A stretch of 64,000 nucleotides of DNA from Cetorhinus maximus (taxonomy: Eukaryota), in NCBI RefSeq assembly GCF_964194155.1, contig NC_135893.1:52204001-52268000 (forward strand), read 5' to 3'. The number at the start of each line of letters is the position of its first letter. Positions within the stretch are counted from its first letter, which is position 1. Below, in pieces: positions 14,105-26,883 of this stretch. The notes beneath the pieces were generated by a model. The model saw nothing but the letters and a program-made list of their open reading frames with translations. It was not told where the DNA came from and searched no databases. The translations under genes were made by a program, and so were the position numbers.

Positions 14105-15360
14105 GGGCGGAATTGTCCCAGAATTGCACTGTGTGGTAGCGGGCATGAAATCGACGTTTTACCCGCCAGCCACAATGGCAGGTTTTCACACAGCATCGTC
14201 CACTTCCCACCTCATTAATTATGCAGCCACAGGAAACACGCAGTCTCGCTGGTGAGCAGCCTCTGAAGTGCCCACCACCCCGTTACCTCTCCATTTCCTC
14301 ACTCTGGGTGTCATATCTAAACTGCAGCTGCCCACACAGTTCTCAATGTTTGCAGCCCAGGACTGCTCCAGTGAAGATGTGACCCTGAAAGCCAAGAAGA
14401 GTTCAGTAACTCATCACTGGAATGCCTTTTGCAGACCCACCGTAATGTCCTCCACCCCCGCTCTGGCCGCAGGAGGTCCAGCAATCTCACCACTCCAGCT
14501 TGGGAAGCGGTGGCAGCGGTGGTCAGTGCCAATGCTGCGAACAAGAAGTTGGCCAACCAGTGCAGAAAGAGGACGAATGATCTCATCCATGCTGCCAGCT
14601 TAAGGCAACCATCTTATCACTCTAAACTCACACTCTCACAAGGCCATCATACATTCACTGGCATCTCACTCACTGCCAGATCAAGGTACATCACCACTCA
14701 CTCTCTCACACACACCCTCACATGTCCATCTGGCCTCATGCCCTCTGGCGACTGCCTCCTCAGCCCTCACCAACTAGAGGCCACTTGCACAGATCAGCAT
14801 ATGCCCCCACACACACCCTGGGATATCCCTCTTCCCCAGTACAGCCCTCGACTTGCAGCCTCTTCCTTTGCCTGAGGCCACTTCTCCCCCTTCCCCAAGT
14901 AAGCCCTGGCCCTGCAGCTATTGAAAAGCCACTGTTGCCTTATGGCTGGTCCGGTAGGTAAGAGACCTGCCCGCCCCTAACTGTGATGTGGTGCAGTCTG
15001 CGAAGCCTGGTGCTGATGACCGCGAGTGCTGCCCGAAGCAAGGTAGCTAAACAAACCTCAAAGTTCCGGGTGAAGTGCAGCCCGCCGGGTGCATGTCTCT
15101 TATGTACAGTTGTGAAACATGTCAGTGTGCAATCACGCCAACGTGCCTGGATGATCCAGCGTGGAGGGATGATTCTGGCAAGCAGGGTTTATAATGAGAT
15201 GCTAAATATTGAAATTAGGCAGCGGCGAGAAATGATGTTGGAGTGGACGATTGCAAACTGGTTTCACGATGGTGTAAAACCAATTTTTGGCCTACTCGTG
15301 TTATTGTCCACTAACGCCCACCATGACACCCACCGCCAAAGGGAGCGGAAGATTCCACCC
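14105..15360 (+). mobile_element. Second copy of the Myb/SANT-bearing Harbinger derivative (frameshifted)
   Basis: Colinear with 6292-7542; encodes AWEAVAAVVSANAANKKLANQCRKRTNDL; termini GGGCGGAATT and GATTCCACCC. Confidence 0.85.
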
Positions 15361-15394
15361 GGGGGAGTGATCCAAATGGCAAAATCCTACCCAT

Positions 15395-15460
15395 TTACTC
15401 TGTTTCTCTCTCCATAGATGCTGCCAGATCTGCTGAGCATTTCCAGCATTTTCTGCTAAA
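15395..15460 (+). mobile_element. Penelope pseudo-LTR fragment
   Basis: GATGCTGCCAGATCTGCTGAGCATTTCCAGCA matches 57191-57222. Confidence 0.65.
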
Positions 15461-15699
15461 AAATAAACACTTGGGTTTAGTGATTATTTGTGAACAGCAA
15501 GAAAATATTTGTCTGGACATACACTCAGGTCAGCAGAGCAAACAGGGTGGCCCAAAACACTGACGGCTGGTTTAAGAAATATAGTCCTGATTAGCATTGT
15601 CCTGAAATCTCCCAGAAGGGATGTAGTCATGTTGTCTGTTCTATACATCTCAGCATCTTGAAGAAATAGACAGGTTATATTTCTCAATTTTCTCAGTAT

Positions 15700-16080
15700 C
15701 AAATAAAGAAAGTACTTGCATTGTTTGATTCTCAGGAAGTCCCGAAGTGCTTCATGCCCAGTTTAATTACTGTTGTCAAACAGGCAAATAAAACAGCCTA
15801 TTTGGCACACAGGGTTCCACAAATGAGATAAATATCTCTTCGCATACTGCTGGTTGAGGGATGATTGTTAGCTAGGACACCAGGAGAAGAGCCCTGCCCT
15901 TTACCTGGTGCAGTGGAATCTTTCACATGGATCTGAATAGGCAGGTACGGTGTCTGTATGATCTCCCAACTTGGATAACTCAACACTCCCACAGTATTGC
16001 AATGAAATGCCAGCTTAGGTTATGCACCTAGACTGGGGCTGATTCTAAGGTAAAAGAACCTATGACTGAGCCCAGCAGGC
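15700..16080 (-). mobile_element. Degenerate DeuSINE (SacSINE1-like)
   Basis: Reverse complement aligns loosely to 31770-32195. Confidence 0.6.
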
Positions 16081-18130
16081 ACATTAACACAAGCAATATT
16101 ACTTATGATATTTTAGTTAATTTATTAGACTCTAACGTATGAGACTTCTTTTGAGGTCCATACAAAATGTGGCACCATCTAGTGGAGATCAAACAAGTCT
16201 ACAGGTTACACTGTAAAAATGCTGATTCCCAAATAATTCTCCAGTATTTAGAAACAAACTGCTCAGCCATTTGAGCTTTTGTAAGGAACAGATAAAATTT
16301 CAAAAGCAATCTTTGACAGCTCCCTCTCCAGGGAATCACAGATCTGATGTAAATTGAATGCACTGATAGCATTGCTGATTTGTCAGGGCATCATCCTTTA
16401 ATGGGGAAAGGGAATATATAAATTGTCCTGGCTCGAGGTCATCACCTAATACTGTCTGCATTTTCAGCAGTTTCGATCTGTTACATTCAACAGGTTTCTC
16501 CTGTATCCGGAATGGCCGGAATACCAGAGTGAGATGTTTATTTATTTAAATCACAAATTTTGCGTTGCAACAACAGAGGCCCAAAGCCTTCAACCATTTC
16601 GTGCAGCTCATCAACTTTATTAGCCAAGGTGTCCTTGCAATCTGTGTCATCGTTTTGAATACTACAGATCTTAAATGCCAGCACTATAATACCCTCCTAC
16701 CCTGTGGTTTAATGTAAACACCCCTTATTGAAAGACACATTCATACTCCACACAACATGGATAATGTTCTCACCTTAGATCTGAATCCCTATCATAAATT
16801 TATTTGACCATAAATGCGATTATTACTTTCGCTTAGTGTGTACAACGTCACATGACTGCTTATCCCCAATGATGAACCATAGACTCTTCAGCTGGATTCC
16901 CCCCTCCATAAATTGGGTGGGTGAGATGATGCTACTTTGCAAGTTGTTAACAATTGTTAGCAACTCTCAATATAATCCCTCCCCTTTACTATGGGTCTTA
17001 AGGAAGGATGTTAATACCTTTTCAGAAACCCATTTCTTCTATGGAGCTTTGTGATATTTCCTTTGACCTATACAGAATACATTTTACAAACAATTAATTA
17101 ACATTCAGGATTCTTAATAATGTTAAACTTATCAACAATGGTAACAAGAGGATTATCTGAAAGATTCAGAGCCACCTAGGCGATTAACACTGGGAACTTT
17201 CATAATCTAATATCCCTCAGATCTTCATTTTACAGTGAAAATCATTTGAAGAAGTTAATTTACATGCAATTACTTGACTAATAACTGGAACAATTGCAAA
17301 CCCAGTAAGAAGAATGGTACAGAAATAGAAAAAGTGGGAAATAAAATTAAGAGTGACTTGTAAACAAGGGATTTACCAGTCACTCTGGGCCATTGGTGTA
17401 ATTTTTATTTAAAGGAGAAGAGCCCCAAATCATTCCAGCAAGACAATGAATTCTAACACTTTATGCTATTGCACCAAATATTTCTGAATGGTCACAAACA
17501 CATTGTAGCATAGTTTTTACACCCTTGATTTAAATAAAAAGATAGTGTTTCTGAAGATTACATTAACTAGACAATGAGAACTATTAAAAATGCAATTCTT
17601 AATATAAGAGGTGCAAATTAGATAGAATTACATAGAATATATGGCACAGAAATAGCCCATGTGGCCCAAACAGTCTATGCCATCATTCATGTCCCACTCA
17701 AGCCTTCTCCCATCTTTCTTTATCTAACTCTATCAGTGCAACCTTCTATCCCCTTCTCCCTCACATGCTTACACAGCTTCTGCTTAAATGCATCTATACC
17801 ATTCACTTCAAACGCTTCCTGGGATAGCAAGTTCCTTAATCTTACCACTCTCTGGGTAAACATGTTTCTCCTGAATTCCTTAACTTGATTTCTTGGTGAT
17901 TATCTTATCCTCTTCTCCACAAATGGAAACATTTTGTCTTTATCCACTCTATCAAAACCTTTCATAATGTTAAAAGCCTCTATTGAGTCACCCAACAGCT
18001 TTCTCCTTTTAAGAGAAAAGAGATCCAGTCTGTTCATCTTTCTGATAACCTCACAGCTCTGGTATCACATTTGTAAATCTTCCTGCATCCTCTCCAGTGT
18101 CTCTCTGTCATTTTTATAACACAGAAACCA

Positions 18131-20690
18131 GGATCTGAATCTTCCTCTGGGCTTGGGCAAACCTAACCTGCATCTTTGCAGCTCACAATCTGCAAACATG
18201 GTCCATATATGACTTCACACGCCATTTGTGTCTTTTTACACGAGGGTCGAGTTTGCAGTGCAGTTTGTGAGCCAAAGTGGAGTGCATGAGGAGTGTGGGT
18301 GAAGAGGCAGTCCAGTAAGAAGGTCCACCTCGATTTTCCAATAGTGTATCCCAGCTCCCAACAGTGTTTAAAGGCTCCCTAAATCCCACTCCAATTATCC
18401 CCCGCAAAGCAACCCATGCCCACTCGGATCACCCATGCCACACCCCATGCCACCTCTATGCTCCCATGTAACCTCTATAGCCACTCATCCAGTATGCACT
18501 ATGTCCAGTCGTCAGATTCCATGCAATATAAACATTAAATATTTCACATTCCTTGGGGGGGGGGAAAACTCTCACCATCTAATAAAAGCCTCCATAATAT
18601 TGATACAATTTAAAAAGCATTCTGCCACATTAAAGCCACTTATAAAACTTGTATTCCTATTAGCTTGTGTTAATAAACCAGAAACCACTTCAAGGAGACA
18701 ATGTTATTACAACTTCTTGAAACTGTCATTCATTCTCAGATGAATGGAACACCTATTGTGCTGAAACCCATTAGCAATTGAAACTCAGCCAAACATTGAT
18801 AAAGGCCAGAGCTGTCCAAACAATAGACTTCTCTCTGGGAAGGAAAGAACAGAAGATACTCATTCCAATTTCAAGTAGAGTGCCTGTCAATCAATGTATG
18901 GGAGCAGGTGGTTAGATTTTTTCAATTCCGTATTTTTTTCATGTGTCAAAACCAGTTTATTTTAAATCAACCAAACCCATTTAAATCACACTAGAAAATA
19001 TGACAGCACAAGCTTACAGGATATTTTGTAACATTTTCACTAATTATGGTGCTTACTCCAATGGAAAAGCACTTTAATGCGTATCAACAAATACTCAAGG
19101 CTAGTCAAAGGTCAACTTACCTTTAAAGCACAGGTTGCGATGATGAATCATTGCATTAAAAACACATCTACACTACAATACCTAACCATGTCACTTGAAG
19201 GTGTGAACATACTTTGCACTTGTCTTTCAGAATGTTCCAGATTCTTCCACAGGCTTTACTTTTTCTTCACAAACTCTCAAACCTGACAAGCTTTTGATGG
19301 ACTTCCAAAACCCTACATCACCAGATGAAAATGGTGTCTGGGAGGAAATCTGATTTTTGTCCGCCATTTAAAATGTGAAATGTGACCTCAGTGGAGGGGG
19401 TGAGTGTGCGTTATTTGCACAATAGGCATTTCTGACCCACAAAAGGCACGAGATCAGGAATGTGGAGGAAAATTGGATTTGCTCAAAAAAACCTAAGACC
19501 TGAATTATCGCTCCCCGGGTCGGGAATGCTGAGTCGGGAGAATTCCTGGCTCTGCAAACCCAAATCTTGAAAAATAGCCCCGGAAGTTCCAATTTTCATT
19601 CTGGGGCTATGGGGTGCAATGGGAGTCGATCCCGCCGATCCTGGAAACAATTTGGAGACAGCACAGGGGTTGCTGAGTGCTGAGGCAATCTGGGTGAAAG
19701 GCCTCCTCGGTGATCTAGCACTTTACCCCAGCTGCAAAAACAGCTGTTTAGACCTCAACCCCTCAAACACCCTCATACTCCACCAACTCCTTATGGCCCC
19801 TCATACACTCCATGCCCTCCAACAACCCCACCCCTCCCCATGGCCTCTCATATTCTCCATGCCAACCTATGTCCCCTACCCACCCCCCATGCCCTTTATA
19901 ACACCTATATCAACATAGTGACAACTCATGTCAACCCAGGAGCCCCACCCACCTGTCTTTACCCTTATATTCTCCATGCCAACTCACCAGTGTCCACCAT
20001 GGGCAGACTTCTGGGCCCATGCTGAGAGGAAATAAAATAAACTTCTAAGTATATTTGATGAAGTCACTATTTAAAAGTAGCAAGCATTGTTTTATTTAAA
20101 AATACTGCTGATTTTTTTTCCAAATATTTAAAGGGCAGGGGATTTAAATTTTTGACCACTTGACAGTTCTACTGGCAGCTCCAATGAGCTTGACACCTCC
20201 AATGAGTCTCTACCCACATTCATGTCTAATTTTAACAATGCCTAAGGTCACTTGACTTCTCCCAAAGAGCATCTTACCTCTTCCAAAAGATGCCTCACCT
20301 CTCCAAAATGTGTCCTAGGACCATATCCAAAAGGGTACCTTGCCTCTCCATAATCTACCCTACCTCTCCAAAGAACTCTCCTAACTTAAGACTGTCTACT
20401 GATAGGTCTAAAGTGCACAAGTCATGTTTTGGACAGACCACACACCGAAAGTTAAATCTGACTGAAGGCAGCTGCACTTTAACATGTGCAGTTGCTTCTA
20501 TGAAATGTGGATGTGCAAAGTGCAACTCAACCCCCATCCCCCCACCCTATGAAAATGGTGGGGACTGGATTCGGGGGCAAGACTTCTGGGTTCGGGCCTC
20601 TGCTGCTTCCCTGTCTGTGCAAAAATTCAGGCCTAAATGTGGCCATTCATGCAATGGTATGTGCCTCTGCACCCAGATGAAAATTTGGCC
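18131..20690. mobile_element. Outer Harbinger-type element
   Basis: Termini GGATCTGAATCTTCC and GAAAATTTGGCC; interrupts the CR1. Confidence 0.5.
19497..20633. mobile_element. Inner Harbinger-type element
   Basis: TIRs GACCTGAATTAT and AAAATTCAGGCC; TSD TAA at 19494-19496 and 20634-20636. Confidence 0.75.
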
Positions 20691-22189
20691 ACATTATTCC
20701 AGGTGTGGTCTAACCGAGGTTCAGTATAAGTTTAACATAACCTCCCTCCTTTACAATTCTATCCCTTCAGAAATAAACCCCAATGCTTGGTTTTCTTTCA
20801 AAATGTAATGCCTCACACTTTTCTGTGTAGAAATTTATTTGTGAATTATATGCCCTTTCTCCAAGTAGTTAACATAAGATTGTACAATTCAACTATTTGC
20901 AATGAATTGATGAGAATTAGAGCAAGCTTAATGTGACCTCTGATTTCTACTTGAATTCAGTTTCCCAAATAATTGTAATGCATTTCAAACTTTGAAAGTA
21001 AATGCTATGTTATTTTTTAATTTTATATTAAATTCCAATTTATGCGCACCAAATGCACAATGCAAACTTTACATAAGCATAAATGTAAGAAGATAATAAT
21101 TCTAAAAAAATGTAACAGCATGTGACTGTGATAAGATGACCCACAGACAATGCATTTTAATCAAGGTGATGGAGTTTATACCGTGTGCTGAGTCTCACTA
21201 TTTTAAAATAGCTTGCATGTCCATATCAATATTATTGATTTAAATCAATCATAACAAATTGTTGTCCATGTTCAGTAAACCACCAGAAATATACATCATT
21301 TAATAGATTGAATTTTCTTCTCTTATGGGGGAATGAGAGAAATAAGTTAAATATAAAATCTTAACATTGTTATGGCTTTATTTAATCTTATAGTGTTCTC
21401 AGCTTTTGGATATTATTTTAGACAGGTTGACCTCAACACATAAGAGATCAATTGGTAGATATGCTGAAACCGTCTGCACATTTAATGCCAAAAGAGTGCA
21501 GAATTCAGACTCCAGCAGAGAAATTGCAGTTTTATAAAGTCTGCCACTCAAGTATAATTTCTGCCAAATTGAACAACACTCTAGTTAATATGTAAATTGC
21601 TTCAATCCACAAGACCCGGTAATGAATTGTTACGACAGTTATTTATCAAGGCTGACTACACAGATTCTCATGAATAAGGTGATGTAAAATGCAACGAAAA
21701 TTGAGCATTGACTGACCCAAATAAAAATGATCATTCCATTAAAATTTAATTGTTTTATGTGCTATCCACATCCTTGAAAGAAGCAACGAATTTGTCTTTA
21801 GCAAGTAGACTTAGCATAGAATACTTCAGATCTGAACAAGATCATTGGAAGACTAATGGGCAGTTTTATGCTAGAATTCAATAATGAAAGATTAATTGGT
21901 CAAAATTTTGTGCTCAGGCATATTGTTAAGCTACAGTTTAAAGAAAGATTAGGCCTTTTCAGGTTGCCGCATTCGGAAAGAATCCCTAAAGGATATGGGA
22001 AAGCACCTTACGTAATACAGAACTATTTTATATATACATAAATAAACACACACATACACACATGACAATCTACAAAGTTCAAGAGTATAAAAATTGGTTC
22101 CTTACTTTTTATACAGAAGTAATCTATGAATTGCTTTAGTGAGCATTATGGGTCTCTGTCCTTGTGGCTCAATATGTATGCATCTTATC

Positions 22190-22585
22190 TACAACAAAAA
22201 CGACTTGCATTTATGTTGCACTTTTGCATTTATGTTGCACTTTTAATGTAGTAAGCCCTCCCACGGTCCTTCATATGAGCATTATCAAACAGAGTTTGAC
22301 ACTTGGGACACAAGAGGAGTTAACAAAATGGGTGACTAAAAGTATGGCCAAAGGGGTAGGGTTTAAGGAATGCTTTAAAGGAAATGAGAGAAGTAGCAAG
22401 ATGGAGAAACTTAGGGAAGGAAATTCACAGCTTATGGGCTAGACAACTGAAAGCATGGCCGCCAGTGGTGGAGTGTCAAAAATCAGCGATGTGCAAGAGG
22501 TCAGGATTAAAGGAGGGCAGAAATCTCATAGGCTTGCAGGGCTGGAGGAGGTTACTACGATAGAGAGGGGCAAGGCCATGATGAA
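22190..22585 (-). mobile_element. L2 LINE 3' end
   Basis: Colinear with 50625-50960; contains a 19-bp tandem duplication TTGCATTTATGTTGCACTT at 22205-22242. Confidence 0.7.
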
Positions 22586-22742
22586 AGTCTTGCTACATGT
22601 TAAAAAAAAAAGTTCTGTGCAAACTTAGGGACATCTAAGCTAGGAGAACATTCTAGGAAACTGTCAAAATAAAGTTGTGATAGAAAAATGAAAGACCAAA
22701 GGGCTCATTTTGAACTAATCAAACAGTGAAAGATAACCCCAA

Positions 22743-25049
22743 GGGTGGAATTTTCCACTCCTGCCTGTGGTGGCCAGGGGCACTCAGTTTGGTGTGGCGG
22801 GAAATTAGTTTGGAATTTTGTTCCCCCAGCTTTGATGGCGGGTTAAAGGTGGGTCGAATTTCCCACTGATCAGGAACCATATTTGCATTCGTTGCACCTC
22901 ATGAGTGCTCACTAAAAGGCCAAACCATCGGAATTATGTCTCCCCTTCAAATTAAGTGACCCGCCAGCAAGAATTTAGAACAGTCTGTTTCCCGATTGTG
23001 TATAAGTGGTGTGCACCTACTGAGCTTCACTTCATCATCGACTTTGAGGTCCGTAGATAAAGCTTCCTCCCTCTCAGCGTCCTTGCATAAATTCACTCGC
23101 GTGCAATTGGCAAATGCTGCGCCAAGGTGGACAAGGGAGGCAGGCTTACAGGAGAAGGGTGGGTAGAGTGTCCAGGGAAGGTGGGAGTGATGGGAGAGAA
23201 ATGTCTGGGGAAGTGGGGAAGAATGGCTGGGGAAGGTGGGGAGTAATGTCCGGAGGGAAAGGCAGGGGGATCATGTCCGGGGAAAGGGTGGGGTGGTGGG
23301 AGTGTCTTAGAAAGTGGGGTTGATGGTGCTGACAGTGGGGTTGTTGGGGGAGAACTCAGGGCACCGGTGATAGGAGGGAGCAGTCACAGTCAGAGGGGGA
23401 AATGGGATGCAGTAGGGTGCCAGGTCCAGGTGAGAGTCTGGTAGGTGAAGGCCTCATTGGGTGGGCTATGGAACAGGAAAAGACGGGTAACTCAGATAAT
23501 GTGGGGGTGGGGGCGGGGGGATGGAAGGGTCAGGGTGGACATGGGGTTGGTAATAGGTGTCAGCTGTGGGGTAGAGAAGGCATGGGGTGGATTGTGATAG
23601 GGTCCAGGGTAACAGGAGGAGGTTCAAGGGTGACAGAGAATAATGGAGATATTGAGTGTGTCTATGGTGATGGTGGAAGTTGGTGGGTGACAGGGGGAGG
23701 ATAGAAAGTGGTGGAGTGAGTTTGAAAGGTGATGCGCACCATTTTTCCAAACTGGCCTTGACCACACAGTTAGTCAGTCAGTCAATGAGATCCCTCGAGG
23801 TGGGAGGAAGGACTTTTTGGGTGGGTGGACTTCAACGTCAGCACAAGTGGCCGACTAAAGGGACACCCTAATAATTATGAGGGAATTGGATGTCAAAGAT
23901 GCTCACCTGTATTTTCCTCTCTATGGTGCAGCCCACACTGTAGCAGGTTTGTTCCCGACTTATAACATCGAGATCCCAATAAGGTGTGGAGCTGACCTTC
24001 TATCTGTGCCATTTGCCAGCAGCTGCAGTCAGAGGCAGGGGTGAAGGGAGGGAGGGAGGTGGATGCCTCTCAGGGGCACGGCTGGTGGACTGCAACCAAC
24101 CCGCGACTCCAAAAATCCATCGTCCCAGGTGAATGGTCATGGCTGACAAGGGCTCATGTGGTTAGTCTTACTATGCTGCCAAGGCAATGGTCTCCTTATA
24201 AAGTCTCAAGGGTAGTAGAGATAAGTGGAAAAGTGTCTGCTCAAGGCTTCATGTACATGTCTCTCATCACCCTGGTCAAAGAGCAATATGTCCATACACA
24301 TTCATGTATGAATGGGAGGAACACCCAGCTCTGGTCCGTCAGGAAATCTTTTACCTGGAAGCGGTGGAGGGGAGATGCCATGTCTAGATGGAGGCCAGGC
24401 AAAGGGCTTAGCACTGGCCTGCTGGCTTTGAGATGGAGGGGAACCTCTAAAGGACATGCTCAGTAAATACATCACTTCAATTCATTCACACATCTACTGA
24501 GATGTTGATGATGCAGGCTGCAGGCAGCCCTGCCTTGGTAATGGCTCTCATCTTGTTGAGGAGAAGGAGGGCCTGTCAGTGGTTGGCACAGAGCCAGGAG
24601 GAGCATGGGCCTGAGCAGCAAGAGGCAGCGGGGCTTCTAGAAGGTCAAGAGGCTGGCAAACATGGAACACTGCAATGGTGAGCATTGGCCTAACCATTGG
24701 TGTATCGCTGGGGTGATGCTCTTATCTAGCGATGAGTGAAAGACAATATTAGAGGTGCCTTCCTATGTCCCAGTTATTATCTATTATCTCCAGCGTGAGC
24801 TGTGGCTGCAAAGGCTCTGGAGGAGTAATGCAAAGCTCCTGGTCTGTAATGAGTAAATGTGTTTCTGGGTGCCCTTTATATATGGCACCAGGACCTTGGA
24901 CTCCATGAGGTAACAGCGGGGCAGGCAACTTCCTGCCTGCCCTGCCATGAAATTTGCTGAGCTCCTCACAGATGCATAATTAATGAGCTGAAAAGCAGAA
25001 GATCGCGCGTGTTTACCACGCTTAGTCCCCAGAACAGAAAATTCTGCCC
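22743..25049. mobile_element. 2.3-kb Harbinger derivative with a transposase N-terminal remnant and a G-rich interior
   Basis: Termini GGGTGGAATTTTCC and GAAAATTCTGCCC, flanks CAA/CAT. Plus strand ~24700-24772 reads VYR...SYLAMSERQY*RCL, like a Harbinger transposase N-terminus. Confidence 0.65.
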
Positions 25050-25398
25050 CATTTTCTCCCTGCCCTAGATAGGATGGATCTTTTTACACAGATGTGATTC
25101 ATTTCAATGTACATCATTTCTGCTTTAATTAATTTCTCTCACTCCCATTTAGAATGTAATCCTCATCCACTTCCTCAGATTTCCCTATACCATGTTGCTT
25201 CCAGGATCCAAGGCATAGATCTTAACCAATTCCATTCTGAACCATTTGCTATGAAGTGCCTCTAGAACTACATAATGAATACATACAGCCAAATTCTTCA
25301 ACTTTTAATAATCATCCCACTTTTGCAATATCGTACCCCAAAATATTGTGTTTTTGCATATTTTTTTCAAAAAAAAACATTTATTAATAGCCTCATAC

Positions 25399-25431
25399 CT
25401 TCTTAATGACTCCGGGGTATAGAAACGTAGA
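25399..25431 (-). other. Candidate 33-nt microexon of an unidentified host gene
   Basis: ttccctttcctttcctttatttgtacAG|TCTACGTTTCTATACCCCGGAGTCATTAAGAAG|GTatga; length is a multiple of 3; lies in non-repetitive DNA. Confidence 0.4.
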
Positions 25432-26159
25432 CTGTACAAATAAAGGAAAGGAAAGGGAATATATTGTAAAGAGATTCGCAGAATTAAAGGGAATATCCTT
25501 TTTTTCCTATTATCAAGGGAGGCTGCATAATTCAGATGTGACAAAATTAATGAAAATCATTATTATATTTTCTTTCTAAATGCTAATCCCATAAATGATA
25601 TCATTGCTTTCAATAGGACTATTTACAGTATTGATTGTCAATGACAATTTTAAACATTTAAAGTACTCTTCTGGCATGAAGCTAAAGGTTTTCAGCCGCT
25701 CCATTACTAATCCGAAATCAATATCATACTTGGCCTTGAACAGCCTATGTCGCTTTACTTAATTGCCTGCGATAGAAAACTCCAAGATGGCAACCAAAGA
25801 ATTGCTTGGAGTTGAGAGAAACTGAAAGTAGTTAAGGACATTTGTTAATCTGAATAGTCTTCAAATAACTTCTTTCTGTGTCATGGGAATAGTCACACAC
25901 CATGATATAAAAATATCTTTCACCACGTAAAATATTCTGCCTGCAATACGTTTGTTGAAGTACACATGTCCACTTAGTGAATAACTGGCCACTGAACCTC
26001 ATTCAAAACAAAATCAATATTATGGTTGTCAGACTTATTTTTCCATTAATTTCCATTTTAAGCACGTTACGGAAAAGATATATTGAATGATGGAACTGAT
26101 GTTGTCGAAATGTTAAGCCTTTATAGATCACCATCATCTTCCACACTGAGCTATTTCAG

Positions 26160-26823
26160 GAGGAAAATTTTCCTATGTCAGGTGGGCTGGGCGGGTGCGG
26201 GCGCAGAGCCAATTGCCGCCCGTGATAGGCTGCGCGCCACCATTTTATGTGGGCGGGCCAATTAAGATCTGCCCGCCATAACCCGCGGCCGGTAGCGCTC
26301 AGCGCTACCTGTGCAAGGCGGGGGGAGGAGGGAGAGTCGGGGCCTGGGCTCTCTCCCGCATGCGCATAAAAGAGTGCAGCACTCTCCGTGAGAAACAGAG
26401 CTGCCTCAGGGAGATTGAATAGACAATAAAAAACTTTAATAAATGATGTTGAAACTTGTTTAAACATGTACCCCCATGAGTTGGGACATGTTTGTAAAGA
26501 TGGAGAAATGATTTTATTGATTTTATAAAAGCTTCAGGAAACCTCATTCTGCCCTTGGCTGAGGTTTCCTGAGAAACACAAAGGCCACATGGGCTTTTTG
26601 GCTGCCCGCCAACCTGAAGGTTGGATGGGCAGCGTTCTTAACTAGTTTAATGATATTCTTAATGGCCTTAACAGGCCATTGACATCTTGGCAGGCGTGCA
26701 GCCGCCTCTGGTGCGCGCCCGCCGAACGAAATATCGAGATGATGCACAATGACGTCGGGACGCACGCCCAACATCATCGCGCGTCATTTTACGCCTCGGT
26801 GAGTCGACCGGAAGATTCAGCCC
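26160..26823 (+). mobile_element. GC-rich Harbinger-type MITE, family A copy 1
   Basis: TSD CAG; homologous to the copies at 29671, 42222, 42926 and 47047. Confidence 0.8.
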
Positions 26824-26883
26824 CAGATGTCTGGAAAACATTAGTGTTAATACATTTTATAAAAAGAATCAAATCTATTTAAT

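Larger units (their letters stand above)
17620..20870 (-). mobile_element. CR1 LINE 3' fragment split by nested Harbinger-type elements (CR1 at ~17620-18130 and ~20691-20870)
   Basis: CR1 3' sequence on the left continues as ATTCCAGGTGTGGTCTAACC after 20690. Confidence 0.7.
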
